Both the position numbers and the translations under genes were made by a program. Below, one piece after another: positions 1-8,184 of a DNA stretch of 32,042 bases. This stretch comes from a virus. Its lineage: Duplodnaviria > Caudoviricetes. Below the pieces are notes generated by a model that worked only from the letters and a program-made list of their open reading frames with translations, had not been told where the DNA came from and ran no database searches. Location of the stretch: positions 1 through 32,042 of IMG/VR virus record IMGVR_UViG_3300032081_000060; one strand, written 5' to 3'. Numbering within the stretch: position 1 is the first letter of the stretch; each line of letters starts with the position of its first letter.

Positions 1-652
1 CGCTCGTAGCGCTTGGCCGAGAAGTTCCTGCAACCTTGCCGCCTTTCTTCATGCCTTTGGCTTTCATCATGCCGCCTCTTTGCATGCCTTTGGCTTTCAT
101 CATGCCGCCTCTTTGCATGCCTTTAGCTTTCATGGCTCCGCCTCTTTGCATTCCGGGTGGCTTGGGCGCTTTCGCTTTAAGGGTTTGACGCTGCTTGCGA
201 GCAGCAAGATTACCGTACTTCTTTGTTAGATCGTCAATAACGCCTGTTGGCTGTTTGCGCCCGGTGCTTTGGACAGATCTAAGCAAATTCTTTTGAGCAT
301 CACTCAGCTCTGAAATTGATCTGCCAGTTCCTGCACCAGATCGCGCCTTTGACGGGCCAGCTTCTTTGCCGCCCATACCGGTAGTTTTTACAGCTACACC
401 ACCTCTTTGCATTCCGGGTGGCTTCGCTCTTTTACCTTTGCCCATCCCACCTTTTGCACCAGCTCTTTTACCGGGCTTGTAGCCGTATTGATCGGACAGG
501 TTTTGAATTACGCTTGTTGACTGCTTACTGCCTTCTCGTCCCTGAACGGAATCTAAAAGATTTTTTTGCGCTTTGCTTAACGTAGATCGACGTTGTGCGC
601 GTGTTGTTGGAGCGCCGCCACGACTGTATCCTTTTGCCTTCATCTTCTTCAT
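1..652 (-). CDS. Lys/Gly/Met-rich basic protein with (M)KAKGMQRGG repeats; truncated by the window edge
   Basis: Not in the ORF track because it has no stop inside the window. ATG at 652 overlaps the upstream TAA (TAATG). Translated by hand: MKKMKAKGYSRGG...PPGMQRGGAMKAKGMQRGGMMKAKGMQRGGMMKAKGMKKGGKV..., open to position 1. Confidence 0.85.
   Translation of the reverse strand, partial: MKKMKAKGYSRGGAPTTRAQRRSTLSKAQKNLLDSVQGREGSKQSTSVIQNLSDQYGYKPGKRAGAKGGMGKGKRAKPPGMQRGGVAVKTTGMGGKEAGPSKARSGAGTGRSISELSDAQKNLLRSVQSTGRKQPTGVIDDLTKKYGNLAARKQRQTLKAKAPKPPGMQRGGAMKAKGMQRGGMMKAKGMQRGGMMKAKGMKKGGKVAGTSRPSATS
38..163. repeat. 33-bp coding tandem repeat, about 3.5 copies
   Basis: GCCGCCTCTTTGCATGCCTTTGGCTTTCATCAT-like units start at 38, 71, 104 and 137. 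CCTCTTTGCATTCCGGGTGGCTT occurs at both 141 and 402. Confidence 0.9.
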
Positions 653-963
653 TATCGTCTCCCGAATAAACCGGAATTGCCCGGAGTTTTCCTGATTGAT
701 CCGCCATGAGCGGCGAATGTTTTTACCATCGTAGGCTTGCCGCCTACACCTTGTTTTTTAGACCTTTTTCTGGTCACCGCACTTTTCTTTTGGCTTTCGC
801 TCATACCCGCTGCTTTTGCCGCTGGTACGCACTTTGGGTAACCCCTGCCGCTTTTTTTTGACGCGCTTTTTCGGCCACATTGCTGGTACTTACCGTCTTT
901 TTTAGGAGCGCCGATATCGACCCAATTCTCGCCAAACCATTTTTTTAGGCCAGTCCTAGCCAC
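652..963 (-). CDS. Small basic phage protein (GLKKWFGENWVDI, CGR, YPKCVP motifs)
   Basis: 3' part of ORF 652..1038. The likely start is GTG at 963 (MARTGLKKWF), which overlaps the end of the upstream gene. Confidence 0.75.
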   Translation of the reverse strand: MARTGLKKWFGENWVDIGAPKKDGKYQQCGRKSASKKSGRGYPKCVPAAKAAGMSESQKKSAVTRKRSKKQGVGGKPTMVKTFAAHGGSIRKTPGNSGLFGRR

Positions 964-1306
964 GGGGTACTCGTGTCTTTTTTTGCTTGCTAGGCATAAT
1001 TGCGCCACAACCTCGACCTTGAACCATGACGGCTCCACCGGTATTCATGTTTCTAGCAATCGCTTCACCACGCTTACGCTCGTAACGACTAAGCTTACCG
1101 TCCTTGTTCAAATCGCTTTTCTTCTCGTTCAAGGTAACTTCTCCGCCGGTCGCGCCTTTGTATTTCCCGCCCATCTTCTTGTATTCCTTGACCATGTACG
1201 CATTTGCGTATGCTGACGGATAAACATCAAACTTCGCCTTAGCCTTAGCTTTTGCTTTAGCGTAAAGGCTCGGGTTGGCTACATTCTTAGGAGCAGATGA
1301 AGTCAC
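956..1306 (-). CDS. Small basic phage protein containing an EF-hand-like loop
   Basis: 116 aa, Lys-rich, YPSAYAN motif, DLNKDGKLSRYE; tightly packed in the operon. Confidence 0.8.
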   Translation of the reverse strand: MTSSAPKNVANPSLYAKAKAKAKAKFDVYPSAYANAYMVKEYKKMGGKYKGATGGEVTLNEKKSDLNKDGKLSRYERKRGEAIARNMNTGGAVMVQGRGCGAIMPSKQKKTRVPRG

Positions 1307-1309
1307 AAG

Positions 1310-3238
1310 CTACATTCCAAAATTTGTTCGGTTAAAAAGGTCGTTGTCAAATTTCTGAATTTGAAATGGTCCTTGGCTGTAATTTATAGGCGCTTGTGAA
1401 CCAGTATTGCCCATTGAGCCAACTGGAGCATTGCCGTAAAAGTTAGCCGCTGCCGATCCACCTTGACCATAAGGGCTTTGATTACCTACGCCGCCAGAGC
1501 TTCCGCCAGCAGGGTTAAAACCAGCCGCTTCAGACGCTGATGGACCGTAATTCATGCCTGCATTATAGGTTTGACCTGCGCCGGGTACGAATCCGCCCAT
1601 AAAGTTTTCATAGGGCGTTCCACTAAAGCCGGGTCCGGGTTCAACAACAATAGGACCGGGATCAACAGTTCCTGTGCCGCCGCCAGTTCCACCAGTTCCG
1701 CCAGTTCCACCACCGGGGGGAGGTGTTTGAGTCTTCAGCTCATCGATAATCGACTGGCGCAAAGCGTCAACATCTACTTCTCCGGGAATTTGACCTTGCA
1801 AAGCTGCGATCTGCTCTTGTATTGGATTGATTGCGCCAGTAATAGCTTCTTGCCTTTGGGCGGCAATCGGATCAATTGCAGCTTGAATAGCTGCTTTTCT
1901 TTGCTCCTCAATCTGAGCAGGATCAAGCATTTGTCCTTGAAGATCAGTTATTTGGCTGGTTGTACCTTTTAGTGACTCTTCAAGAGCCGCTAACTCTTCT
2001 GAGGTAGCACTGCCTTCTACGGCTTTTTGTAAAAGATCTATCTCAGAACCAAGCTCAGTGGTTGACCCTGCAACAGTGGCAACCTCGGTTTGAAGCGCTT
2101 CAAGGCTTTGTAGTGGAGCTAAACCGCCGATTTTACCCTCAACATCTGATTTCAACGATTCGATAGCAGTGTTTATTTGGTCTGGAGTAAGGGTTCCAGT
2201 TTCCATTGCTTGAGCGATAGAAGCGTTTACTTGATCATTGGTCAGCATACCATCGCGCAAAGCTTCCATCTGATCAAACAGTTGTTTTCGTTCATCGCTT
2301 CCGGTGCTCTTTAAAGTTTCAGATTCGGTGCGTAACTTGTTTATTTCTTGCTGAAGCTGGTCAATTGGAAGCCCTGCAATATTTTCTTCGAGGTTGGTGA
2401 CGCTTGCTTCGATATTCCCTAAAAGCGTTGATCTTTCATTCCGCAAAGCTTCTAATTGAGCCTTGTTTTCAGTTTGAATCTCCGACTGAATCGTTCCTAA
2501 GCTTTCCCGAACGGAATCTATTTCAGCTTGAACCGCTTCTGCTGCACTCTTCTGAGCACCAGTAAGCTGTGCGTCTCGTGCGTCAAGATCGGCATTTATT
2601 TGTTCTTGAGTGGAATTAAGCGTTGCTCCCAGCTCACTAATTCTTGCGTCAATATCGCCGATCAAAGAGCCTTGCCGATCCTCCAGACTGCCAATAGCAT
2701 CGGTTTGGGCCGCCCTTACTCTTTCTTCAGAAGCTGCCAAATCCGCAGCCGTCTGGTCAATATTCTGTTGGATTAAGTCGCTGATCCTCTGCTGCTCAGT
2801 AGTCAGCGCTGCTCGCTCGTCAATCCCTTGTTGGCGCAAAGCTGCCGTCTCGGTATCAACTCCAGTTTGTAGCTCAGCAATTCGATCTTCCAAAGTTTTA
2901 GTCAGACCAGACCGTTCAGCCGCTGCCGCTTCTTCTGCCGTCGATATGTCTTGTCTTAAAAGATCTCTGAGTGAGTCAATTTCACCTTGTCGAGCAGTAG
3001 CTGAAGCTTGATCCGCAGCTTTTTGCTCATCCATAATTTTTTGATACTGAGTAGAAAGAAGGTCTTCTGTGCTTGGTCCCTCAACCGTGACCTTGTTCAT
3101 TGCGTAGGGATTAGGCGCTTCTCTTGAACCACGGTCATAAACCGGGCGCTGCATCAAATAATCTTGCAGAGAAGCGTAAGGACTCGCCGAGCTGCCGTAC
3201 TCATCAACCGCTTGTTGCATATTGTCTGATACAGCCAT
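1310..3238 (-). CDS. 642-aa acidic coiled-coil protein with Gly/Pro-rich C-terminus, probably virion-associated
   Basis: Long heptad-like Q/E/A/L-rich stretch, then PPPGGGTGGTGGTGGGTG and a low-complexity tail; 3-4 bp spacing to both neighbours. Confidence 0.8.
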   Translation of the reverse strand: MAVSDNMQQAVDEYGSSASPYASLQDYLMQRPVYDRGSREAPNPYAMNKVTVEGPSTEDLLSTQYQKIMDEQKAADQASATARQGEIDSLRDLLRQDISTAEEAAAAERSGLTKTLEDRIAELQTGVDTETAALRQQGIDERAALTTEQQRISDLIQQNIDQTAADLAASEERVRAAQTDAIGSLEDRQGSLIGDIDARISELGATLNSTQEQINADLDARDAQLTGAQKSAAEAVQAEIDSVRESLGTIQSEIQTENKAQLEALRNERSTLLGNIEASVTNLEENIAGLPIDQLQQEINKLRTESETLKSTGSDERKQLFDQMEALRDGMLTNDQVNASIAQAMETGTLTPDQINTAIESLKSDVEGKIGGLAPLQSLEALQTEVATVAGSTTELGSEIDLLQKAVEGSATSEELAALEESLKGTTSQITDLQGQMLDPAQIEEQRKAAIQAAIDPIAAQRQEAITGAINPIQEQIAALQGQIPGEVDVDALRQSIIDELKTQTPPPGGGTGGTGGTGGGTGTVDPGPIVVEPGPGFSGTPYENFMGGFVPGAGQTYNAGMNYGPSASEAAGFNPAGGSSGGVGNQSPYGQGGSAAANFYGNAPVGSMGNTGSQAPINYSQGPFQIQKFDNDLFNRTNFGM

Positions 3239-3242
3239 TAGA

Positions 3243-3527
3243 TCACCATTTCTTGCAAGACCAGTAACGAGGTGTCAATTTATCCTTCGCCGTTGAGCAC
3301 TTGTGGCGAGCGCGAAAACTGGCTCTTCGTTCTGGTATGTTTTTTTTGATTGTCATGTTTGGATCGCCAAAACGAACCAATTTAATTTGATCTCCTTGAC
3401 GCGCAAGAACCGCAAACTTCTTTTTACCGCCAGAAGTCCTTTTCGGTTTATTAAAACCGGAGAACGACTCGCCACGATAAGTGACTCTGCCGCTCTCGGT
3501 TCTTTTAGCGTCCTTCGTGGAGGCCAT
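3243..3527 (-). CDS. Small basic conserved phage protein
   Basis: 94 aa, KLVRFGDPNM...SFRARHKC...YWSCKKW; start overlaps the upstream stop. Confidence 0.8.
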   Translation of the reverse strand: MASTKDAKRTESGRVTYRGESFSGFNKPKRTSGGKKKFAVLARQGDQIKLVRFGDPNMTIKKNIPERRASFRARHKCSTAKDKLTPRYWSCKKW

Positions 3528-3931
3528 TAGGCGTACTCTTTGATCAGTTCCAAAATCACGGTGTAAGTATCAGTATTACCCGCTCCTATTGTTGTAAACA
3601 GAATGTCTCCTGTTACACCGGCACCAGCATTGTTTGGAATGCCGGTGAAATCAGAATAATCATGGAAACCATTGCTGTCGGGCGATAGGCCGATAATCAA
3701 CGTGTTTGCGGTTGCATCACACAAAAGCTCAACGCCCATGCCGACACACTGCCACCAAATCTTAGCCACGGTTACTTTCGTGCAAGCTTTACCAGCAGAG
3801 TTAGCGGTCAAGGCTGAGACATCAACCTTGACCACGTTGGTCTCGCCAGTTCCGTCAGAGATATTTGTAAACTTCAAGACGGCTTTACGTTCGCCGTCTT
3901 GAATAGTTTGTGAAGTGACTGCATCAGCCAT
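3527..3931 (-). CDS. Putative virion structural protein (beta-rich)
   Basis: 134 aa, AGGAG RBS, downstream of the capsid gene. Confidence 0.75.
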   Translation of the reverse strand: MADAVTSQTIQDGERKAVLKFTNISDGTGETNVVKVDVSALTANSAGKACTKVTVAKIWWQCVGMGVELLCDATANTLIIGLSPDSNGFHDYSDFTGIPNNAGAGVTGDILFTTIGAGNTDTYTVILELIKEYA

Positions 3932-3954
3932 TATTACTCTCCTGAGTTATAGCG

Positions 3955-4464
3955 TTAAGCGTCAGCGAAAGGAGTAACAATCGTTCCAGAGCCTAGCAAT
4001 AACGTGTTGTGTACCAAATAAGTAGCAGCGTCGATAGCAGTTACCTGAACAACACTACCCACAAGACCGCCTTTTGTGGATCCGTTTAGGGTCATAACAT
4101 CGTTAGATGCCGCAGGAATAAATGCTTTCTTCGCGCCGTCATCTACAGCGACGATTACAGCGCCCTTGAACTTATCAGTGCCGTCAGTCTTGATGTCAAG
4201 ATCGGTTGCTGCGGTTTCTACATAAAAGTAGAAAGAAGCGCCAATGTTATTTTCTTGATCAGGTGAGGTCGGATCGGTTGGTGTTACTGAAGAAATTGCA
4301 GGCAAAGTAAACTTGCCGTCAGCATCGTTTAATAAAATAATTTTACCAGCGTGAGCTGCAACGGTTAGTGTGGTGTCAGCAGATAAGCTAACACTGCTGT
4401 TTACACCGGCAGTAATAAAACCAGCTAAAGATTTAACGGGTCCAGAAAAAGTAGTTTGCGCCAT
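3955..4464 (-). CDS. Putative virion structural protein (head fibre or decoration)
   Basis: Start MAQTTFSGPV at 4464 with RBS AGAGGTG at 4471-4477; A/T/G/V-rich; first gene after the major capsid gene. Confidence 0.75.
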   Translation of the reverse strand: MAQTTFSGPVKSLAGFITAGVNSSVSLSADTTLTVAAHAGKIILLNDADGKFTLPAISSVTPTDPTSPDQENNIGASFYFYVETAATDLDIKTDGTDKFKGAVIVAVDDGAKKAFIPAASNDVMTLNGSTKGGLVGSVVQVTAIDAATYLVHNTLLLGSGTIVTPFADA

Positions 4465-4470
4465 TATATT

Positions 4471-4548
4471 CACCTCTTACGAAAGGATTCGCCCCATTGT
4501 CTTCGTAACGTCCGCTGAGCCGGTCAATAGGGCTAATTTATCTCAGGT
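4471..4548 (-). ncRNA. Candidate structured RNA leader (stem plus two pseudoknots) abutting an RBS
   Basis: Four complementary pairs within 78 nt: GCCCUAUUG/CAAUGGGGC, CCG/CGG, CUGAG/CUCAG, UUACGAA/UUCGUAA. Confidence 0.5.
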
Positions 4549-4576
4549 CAATGACATTCTAGGTCAATATTGAGGC

Positions 4577-4602
4577 AAAAAAAAGGGGGCATTAGCCCCC
4601 TT
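4577..4602 (-). terminator. Rho-independent terminator after the major capsid gene
   Basis: Minus strand AAGGGGGC-TAAT-GCCCCC-TTTTTTTT. Confidence 0.9.
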
Positions 4603-4609
4603 CTTTCAT

Positions 4610-4625
4610 TGTTTCATGTGAAACA
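4610..4625. promoter_or_regulatory. parS-like palindrome, copy 1
   Basis: TGTTTCATGTGAAACA, 15/16 match to bacterial chromosomal parS TGTTTCACGTGAAACA; lies between the capsid stop codon and the terminator. Confidence 0.7.
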
Positions 4626-4626
4626 A

Positions 4627-5544
4627 TTAAGCGCCTTGACTTCCGTAGATGCCTCGCCAATCGGAGAATCCGAAAGAATAACGCTCTCGCGCTTTGTATC
4701 GAATGTTTCCGGTGGTGAAGTCTGGTTCCATAGAGGTTTCCATCGCTGTGCGTTGGAACATCTTGAGACCTTCGCCTTGGTCTGTGACCGAAGTTAACAG
4801 GAAGAAAGCATCTGGGTCGTTCAGATAGTGGTTAACAGTGTAACCACCGGGCAGAACGCCAGTGTTTCGGATCGCGTTAACGTCATTGTCAGCAGTCCCA
4901 GATCGCTTCTCAGAATTCAAAATTCTGTCCGCAACAAATACCAACTGTGGAGGAACGACTAACTTAGTCGCCTGAACCGAAATGGTCAGTCCTCGGTCAT
5001 CAGTAAAGGTTGAGATATCAATCAAAGCGTCTTCGAGTGAAGTCTCGTTCAGGTCAGCCATCGTCGTAGCTCGGTTAGCAGCAGTGCCGCCACCAGCCAA
5101 AGGGTGAGAAGTGTTGATTAATGAAACACCGTCTCCGCCAGTAAAACTAGCAGAAAACGCATTGTTCAAAACATCAGCGCCTTTCACTTCCTTGGTGTTA
5201 GCCATTGATCGAGCCAGTGCTTTCACATATCGCTTACCGAGTGAGTCATACAAATTATCTTCGACTGCTTCATCGGTGAGCGCGAATGCCAAAGCAATCG
5301 TCTCGTGGGTGTAACGAGCTGAATAGCTTTCAGAAGCATTGTCAAAAACAACGCCTTGGCCTTCAGTCTTCGTGGGTGCTGAACCAAAACCAGTAATCAG
5401 AACCTCTTCTTCAAAAGCACGTTGAGAATCTTCGATTGCGTAGATCTCTTCGTACTCGCGGTCGTAGCTGTCATAGCTCATACCAAAGAGGCTGTTAAGG
5501 CCCGGCTCTAGCTCTTTCGCTAGTTGTGCGCGTGAAATTGCCAT
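4627..5544 (-). CDS. Major capsid protein
   Basis: 305 aa, MAISRAQLAKELEPGLN...RYKARERYSFGFSDWRGIYGSQGA; follows scaffold-like genes and precedes a strong terminator. Confidence 0.9.
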   Translation of the reverse strand: MAISRAQLAKELEPGLNSLFGMSYDSYDREYEEIYAIEDSQRAFEEEVLITGFGSAPTKTEGQGVVFDNASESYSARYTHETIALAFALTDEAVEDNLYDSLGKRYVKALARSMANTKEVKGADVLNNAFSASFTGGDGVSLINTSHPLAGGGTAANRATTMADLNETSLEDALIDISTFTDDRGLTISVQATKLVVPPQLVFVADRILNSEKRSGTADNDVNAIRNTGVLPGGYTVNHYLNDPDAFFLLTSVTDQGEGLKMFQRTAMETSMEPDFTTGNIRYKARERYSFGFSDWRGIYGSQGA

Positions 5545-5556
5545 TAGTCAGTCTCC

Positions 5557-6144
5557 TTATGCTAAGCCAGCAGATTTAACACCGGCAATGTGGTTTTGGA
5601 TAACCACAAGGACGTTGGTGTTAGCACTTGCTACGTCATCGTTATCGGGATCTTGAGAAATGTCCAGAGCTTTCAACGGCAAGGTTGTTGCAGTTGCGCC
5701 AGTGGTCACATCAAGTTCCACATTTGATCGGCCAGAAGCTGTATCACCAGTGGTGGCTTGGTCAACAATATCAAAATTGCCGAACAAATCCGCTACAGGG
5801 AAAGCTGCATCAGCTTGAACAGCAAAGACGGTCATGGGATCGTCTATGATGAAAGCAATGATGTCTGATGCCGCGATTGAACCGGGGTAGTAGTTAGAAA
5901 AAACCTGCTCACCGGATGTGGGGTCTGTGTATTGACACCCGTTAAAAACCCCGACTACGGGGACAGTGCTACTAGCTGCGGCTCGTTCGATACCGCCTCC
6001 GGTTACTTGCTTAACAAGATCTCCTTGGAAAATCTTGCCGCTCAAACCAGAAGCAATACGATATCGACTTTGGCCGCCAGAGTAGGGAGCACCACCCATC
6101 ATACGGACGGGGCGTAAACCAAAGGCTGCGTCTTTGTTAGCCAT
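5557..6144 (-). CDS. Capsid-associated (decoration/cement-like) protein
   Basis: 195 aa, MANKDAAFGLRP, IFQGDLV, GVFNGCQYTDP; immediately upstream of the capsid gene; GGAG RBS. Confidence 0.7.
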   Translation of the reverse strand: MANKDAAFGLRPVRMMGGAPYSGGQSRYRIASGLSGKIFQGDLVKQVTGGGIERAAASSTVPVVGVFNGCQYTDPTSGEQVFSNYYPGSIAASDIIAFIIDDPMTVFAVQADAAFPVADLFGNFDIVDQATTGDTASGRSNVELDVTTGATATTLPLKALDISQDPDNDDVASANTNVLVVIQNHIAGVKSAGLA

Positions 6145-6162
6145 TGTTTTTCTCCTTTAGAC

Positions 6163-6630
6163 TTATCGTCTGCCAAATGTTACTGAGGAGTCTCGCTGAG
6201 GGTCATACTTAACGTAACGTGAATCGCTGCGGGTTTCGTTGAACATTGTGTTATCCAATGCGTCACGAGCCGCTTGGTTCTTATCGTTATAATAAGAGTT
6301 TCGCTCTTCAATCGTTTCGTTAGGAATTTTCGCCAGCAATAATCCCTCGTTGTAAATGACGCCAGCATGTCTTCCAGAATCCATTGTGGGAAGTTCCCAC
6401 TCTGGAGGCAAGTCAGAACCTGTTACCAGTTCCCAACCTTCCCTTAACCTTCGACTTACGTTAGCTCGATCCTCTTGCCCTAACATGCTCTCTCGAATCC
6501 ACCGATAGGTGTAACCGGGAGGTGAGGGCGGAGTTTCCAGCTTACGAACTGGTCGCCACGGTCTACGTCGAGCCTTTTTATCGTGCGTCTCGGAATCACG
6601 CGAAGCGCGGGTTTTAGCTGTGTCTGTCAT
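6163..6630 (-). CDS. Conserved head-module protein
   Basis: 155 aa, PPGYTYRWIR...REGWELV; between scaffold and capsid genes. Confidence 0.75.
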   Translation of the reverse strand: MTDTAKTRASRDSETHDKKARRRPWRPVRKLETPPSPPGYTYRWIRESMLGQEDRANVSRRLREGWELVTGSDLPPEWELPTMDSGRHAGVIYNEGLLLAKIPNETIEERNSYYNDKNQAARDALDNTMFNETRSDSRYVKYDPQRDSSVTFGRR

Positions 6631-7574
6631 TATCTTGCCTCCCTTTGAGCAATTTTTTGCTTTTCTGATGCTACACGTTTAAGCCAAGCTTCCTCGGACA
6701 TATTGTGTGGCTTCAAACCACGGAGGCGCTGAAGTTCTGACTGAGTGAACTTAACACCACGCTTGTTGCTTCGTGTTTGTTGCCGACCAGCAGGGCTGGC
6801 GGAAGCGACTCTTTGCACGGCGGGTCTATCTTCCTGTTTATCGGCTTTCGGTTCTGACCTTAAATCAGGATAGATCCGAAAAACTCTTGTGTCCAACTCA
6901 TTGTAATACTCTTCTGAATCTGGTTCAAACCCCTCATTAATCAGGTTGAAATGCGTAAAATACGCAAACTGAGTTGCCTGAAGGTTTTCCTCGTTCTCAG
7001 AATCACCGTACCACTGATTTTGATCGTGCCAAGATAAAGCCTCATTTGTAGGCTTGATCTCTTGCTGAGGCGCTTGCGCCTGATCTTGATAAGCTTGATA
7101 ATTTTCTTGCTGAGGAGCGACTTGCTGCTCTGATGACTGAGTGTGCCTAGATTTGGCAACTCGAAGCTTTTCTTTCTGAATTGCAATGTCATTCTTTAGC
7201 GTATCAGCTTTTGATATTAGATCCGCATCACCAGAACGAATAGCCTTTCGATAAATATCGTCGATCTGGCTTTCTTTGCTTAGTAAAGCTTCTTCCTCTT
7301 TTTGAAGAACTGTGCTCTGCTGAACCACGGAATGTTGACGATAAGCGTTCAATTCCTGATCTTTTTGCATTGCTAATTGCTCAAGGTATTGAGCACGTTC
7401 TTCAGCTTGTTTGGTTTTTTGATTTAGCTTGTTAATCCGCTTGCTGACCGATTTGGTGTAGCGCTCAAGCTCGTCATCACTGTTGACTGCCCCGCCTTCT
7501 TGTTCTTCAGCCGGGTCTTCAACAATTTGAACTTCAATTTCTTCTTCTACCGCGTTTTGATTTTCTACACTCAT
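6630..7574 (-). CDS. Putative capsid scaffolding protein
   Basis: 314 aa, acidic N-terminus, coiled coil (KRINKL), basic C-terminus; position upstream of the capsid genes. Confidence 0.65.
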   Translation of the reverse strand: MSVENQNAVEEEIEVQIVEDPAEEQEGGAVNSDDELERYTKSVSKRINKLNQKTKQAEERAQYLEQLAMQKDQELNAYRQHSVVQQSTVLQKEEEALLSKESQIDDIYRKAIRSGDADLISKADTLKNDIAIQKEKLRVAKSRHTQSSEQQVAPQQENYQAYQDQAQAPQQEIKPTNEALSWHDQNQWYGDSENEENLQATQFAYFTHFNLINEGFEPDSEEYYNELDTRVFRIYPDLRSEPKADKQEDRPAVQRVASASPAGRQQTRSNKRGVKFTQSELQRLRGLKPHNMSEEAWLKRVASEKQKIAQREAR

Positions 7575-7993
7575 CGCCAGCTACTCACTATGTCTTCAGG
7601 GTTTAGGATAGTGCCAATAACTTCGTCATCGTTTATGATGCGAACCTCATCACCATCGTCCAACTTGAAACGAGCGCCTGCGTAACGTCCAATAAGAACC
7701 CAGCTACCCTCGTCGCACCAAGGTTTGTCGCCAAATTTCTCGGTATCTGCATAACAAAGTGGTCCCTTTTTAACAACATAAGCAACGACTGTTGCTAATG
7801 ATTCTCGGTCCACGGTTTCTTTTGTTAGATGAATGCCACCCTTACTCGTCCTTTTCCCAACATAGGGAATTACAAGCATCCGCCAACCAGACGGACTTGG
7901 CATACGATCCAACACGCTTTTGTCCAACAAGGAAGGATCTAAAACAAGATCATCCTTCTGAACGAAAGCCGATTCAATCGACGGTTTTGACAC
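7571..7993 (-). CDS. groES: Phage-encoded co-chaperonin GroES (Cpn10)
   Basis: PSGWRMLV, TSKGGIHL mobile loop, VVKKGP, GRYAG, RIINDDEVIG. Confidence 0.9.
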   Translation of the reverse strand: MSKPSIESAFVQKDDLVLDPSLLDKSVLDRMPSPSGWRMLVIPYVGKRTSKGGIHLTKETVDRESLATVVAYVVKKGPLCYADTEKFGDKPWCDEGSWVLIGRYAGARFKLDDGDEVRIINDDEVIGTILNPEDIVSSWR

Positions 7994-8184
7994 TAGCGCT
8001 CTCCTTTTGCGTAAAAATCTTGAATTGACTGTTCAACCAAGTTTAACGCAGTTAGCTCGCCTTGCAAACTTTTATAATGTTCCATATCTTTGAGCATACC
8101 TTCGCACAATGTTTCAACGATCAAACTTCTGCGATCAGCAATCATGCGCTTCAAAGATGAGGCTAGGTCAACATCGTCTCTCAT
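7993..8184 (-). CDS. Small conserved head-module protein
   Basis: 63 aa helical protein (DMEHYKSLQGEL), overlapping both neighbours. Confidence 0.75.
   Translation of the reverse strand: MRDDVDLASSLKRMIADRRSLIVETLCEGMLKDMEHYKSLQGELTALNLVEQSIQDFYAKGER

Noticed and set aside
38-163. 33-bp repeats as a CRISPR array
   Set aside because: The units are directly tandem with no spacers and are in-frame coding repeats.
525-707. 60-aa ORF from the track
   Set aside because: Alternative frame overlapping the better-supported ORF starting at 652 (TAATG coupling, repeats, xxGG motifs).
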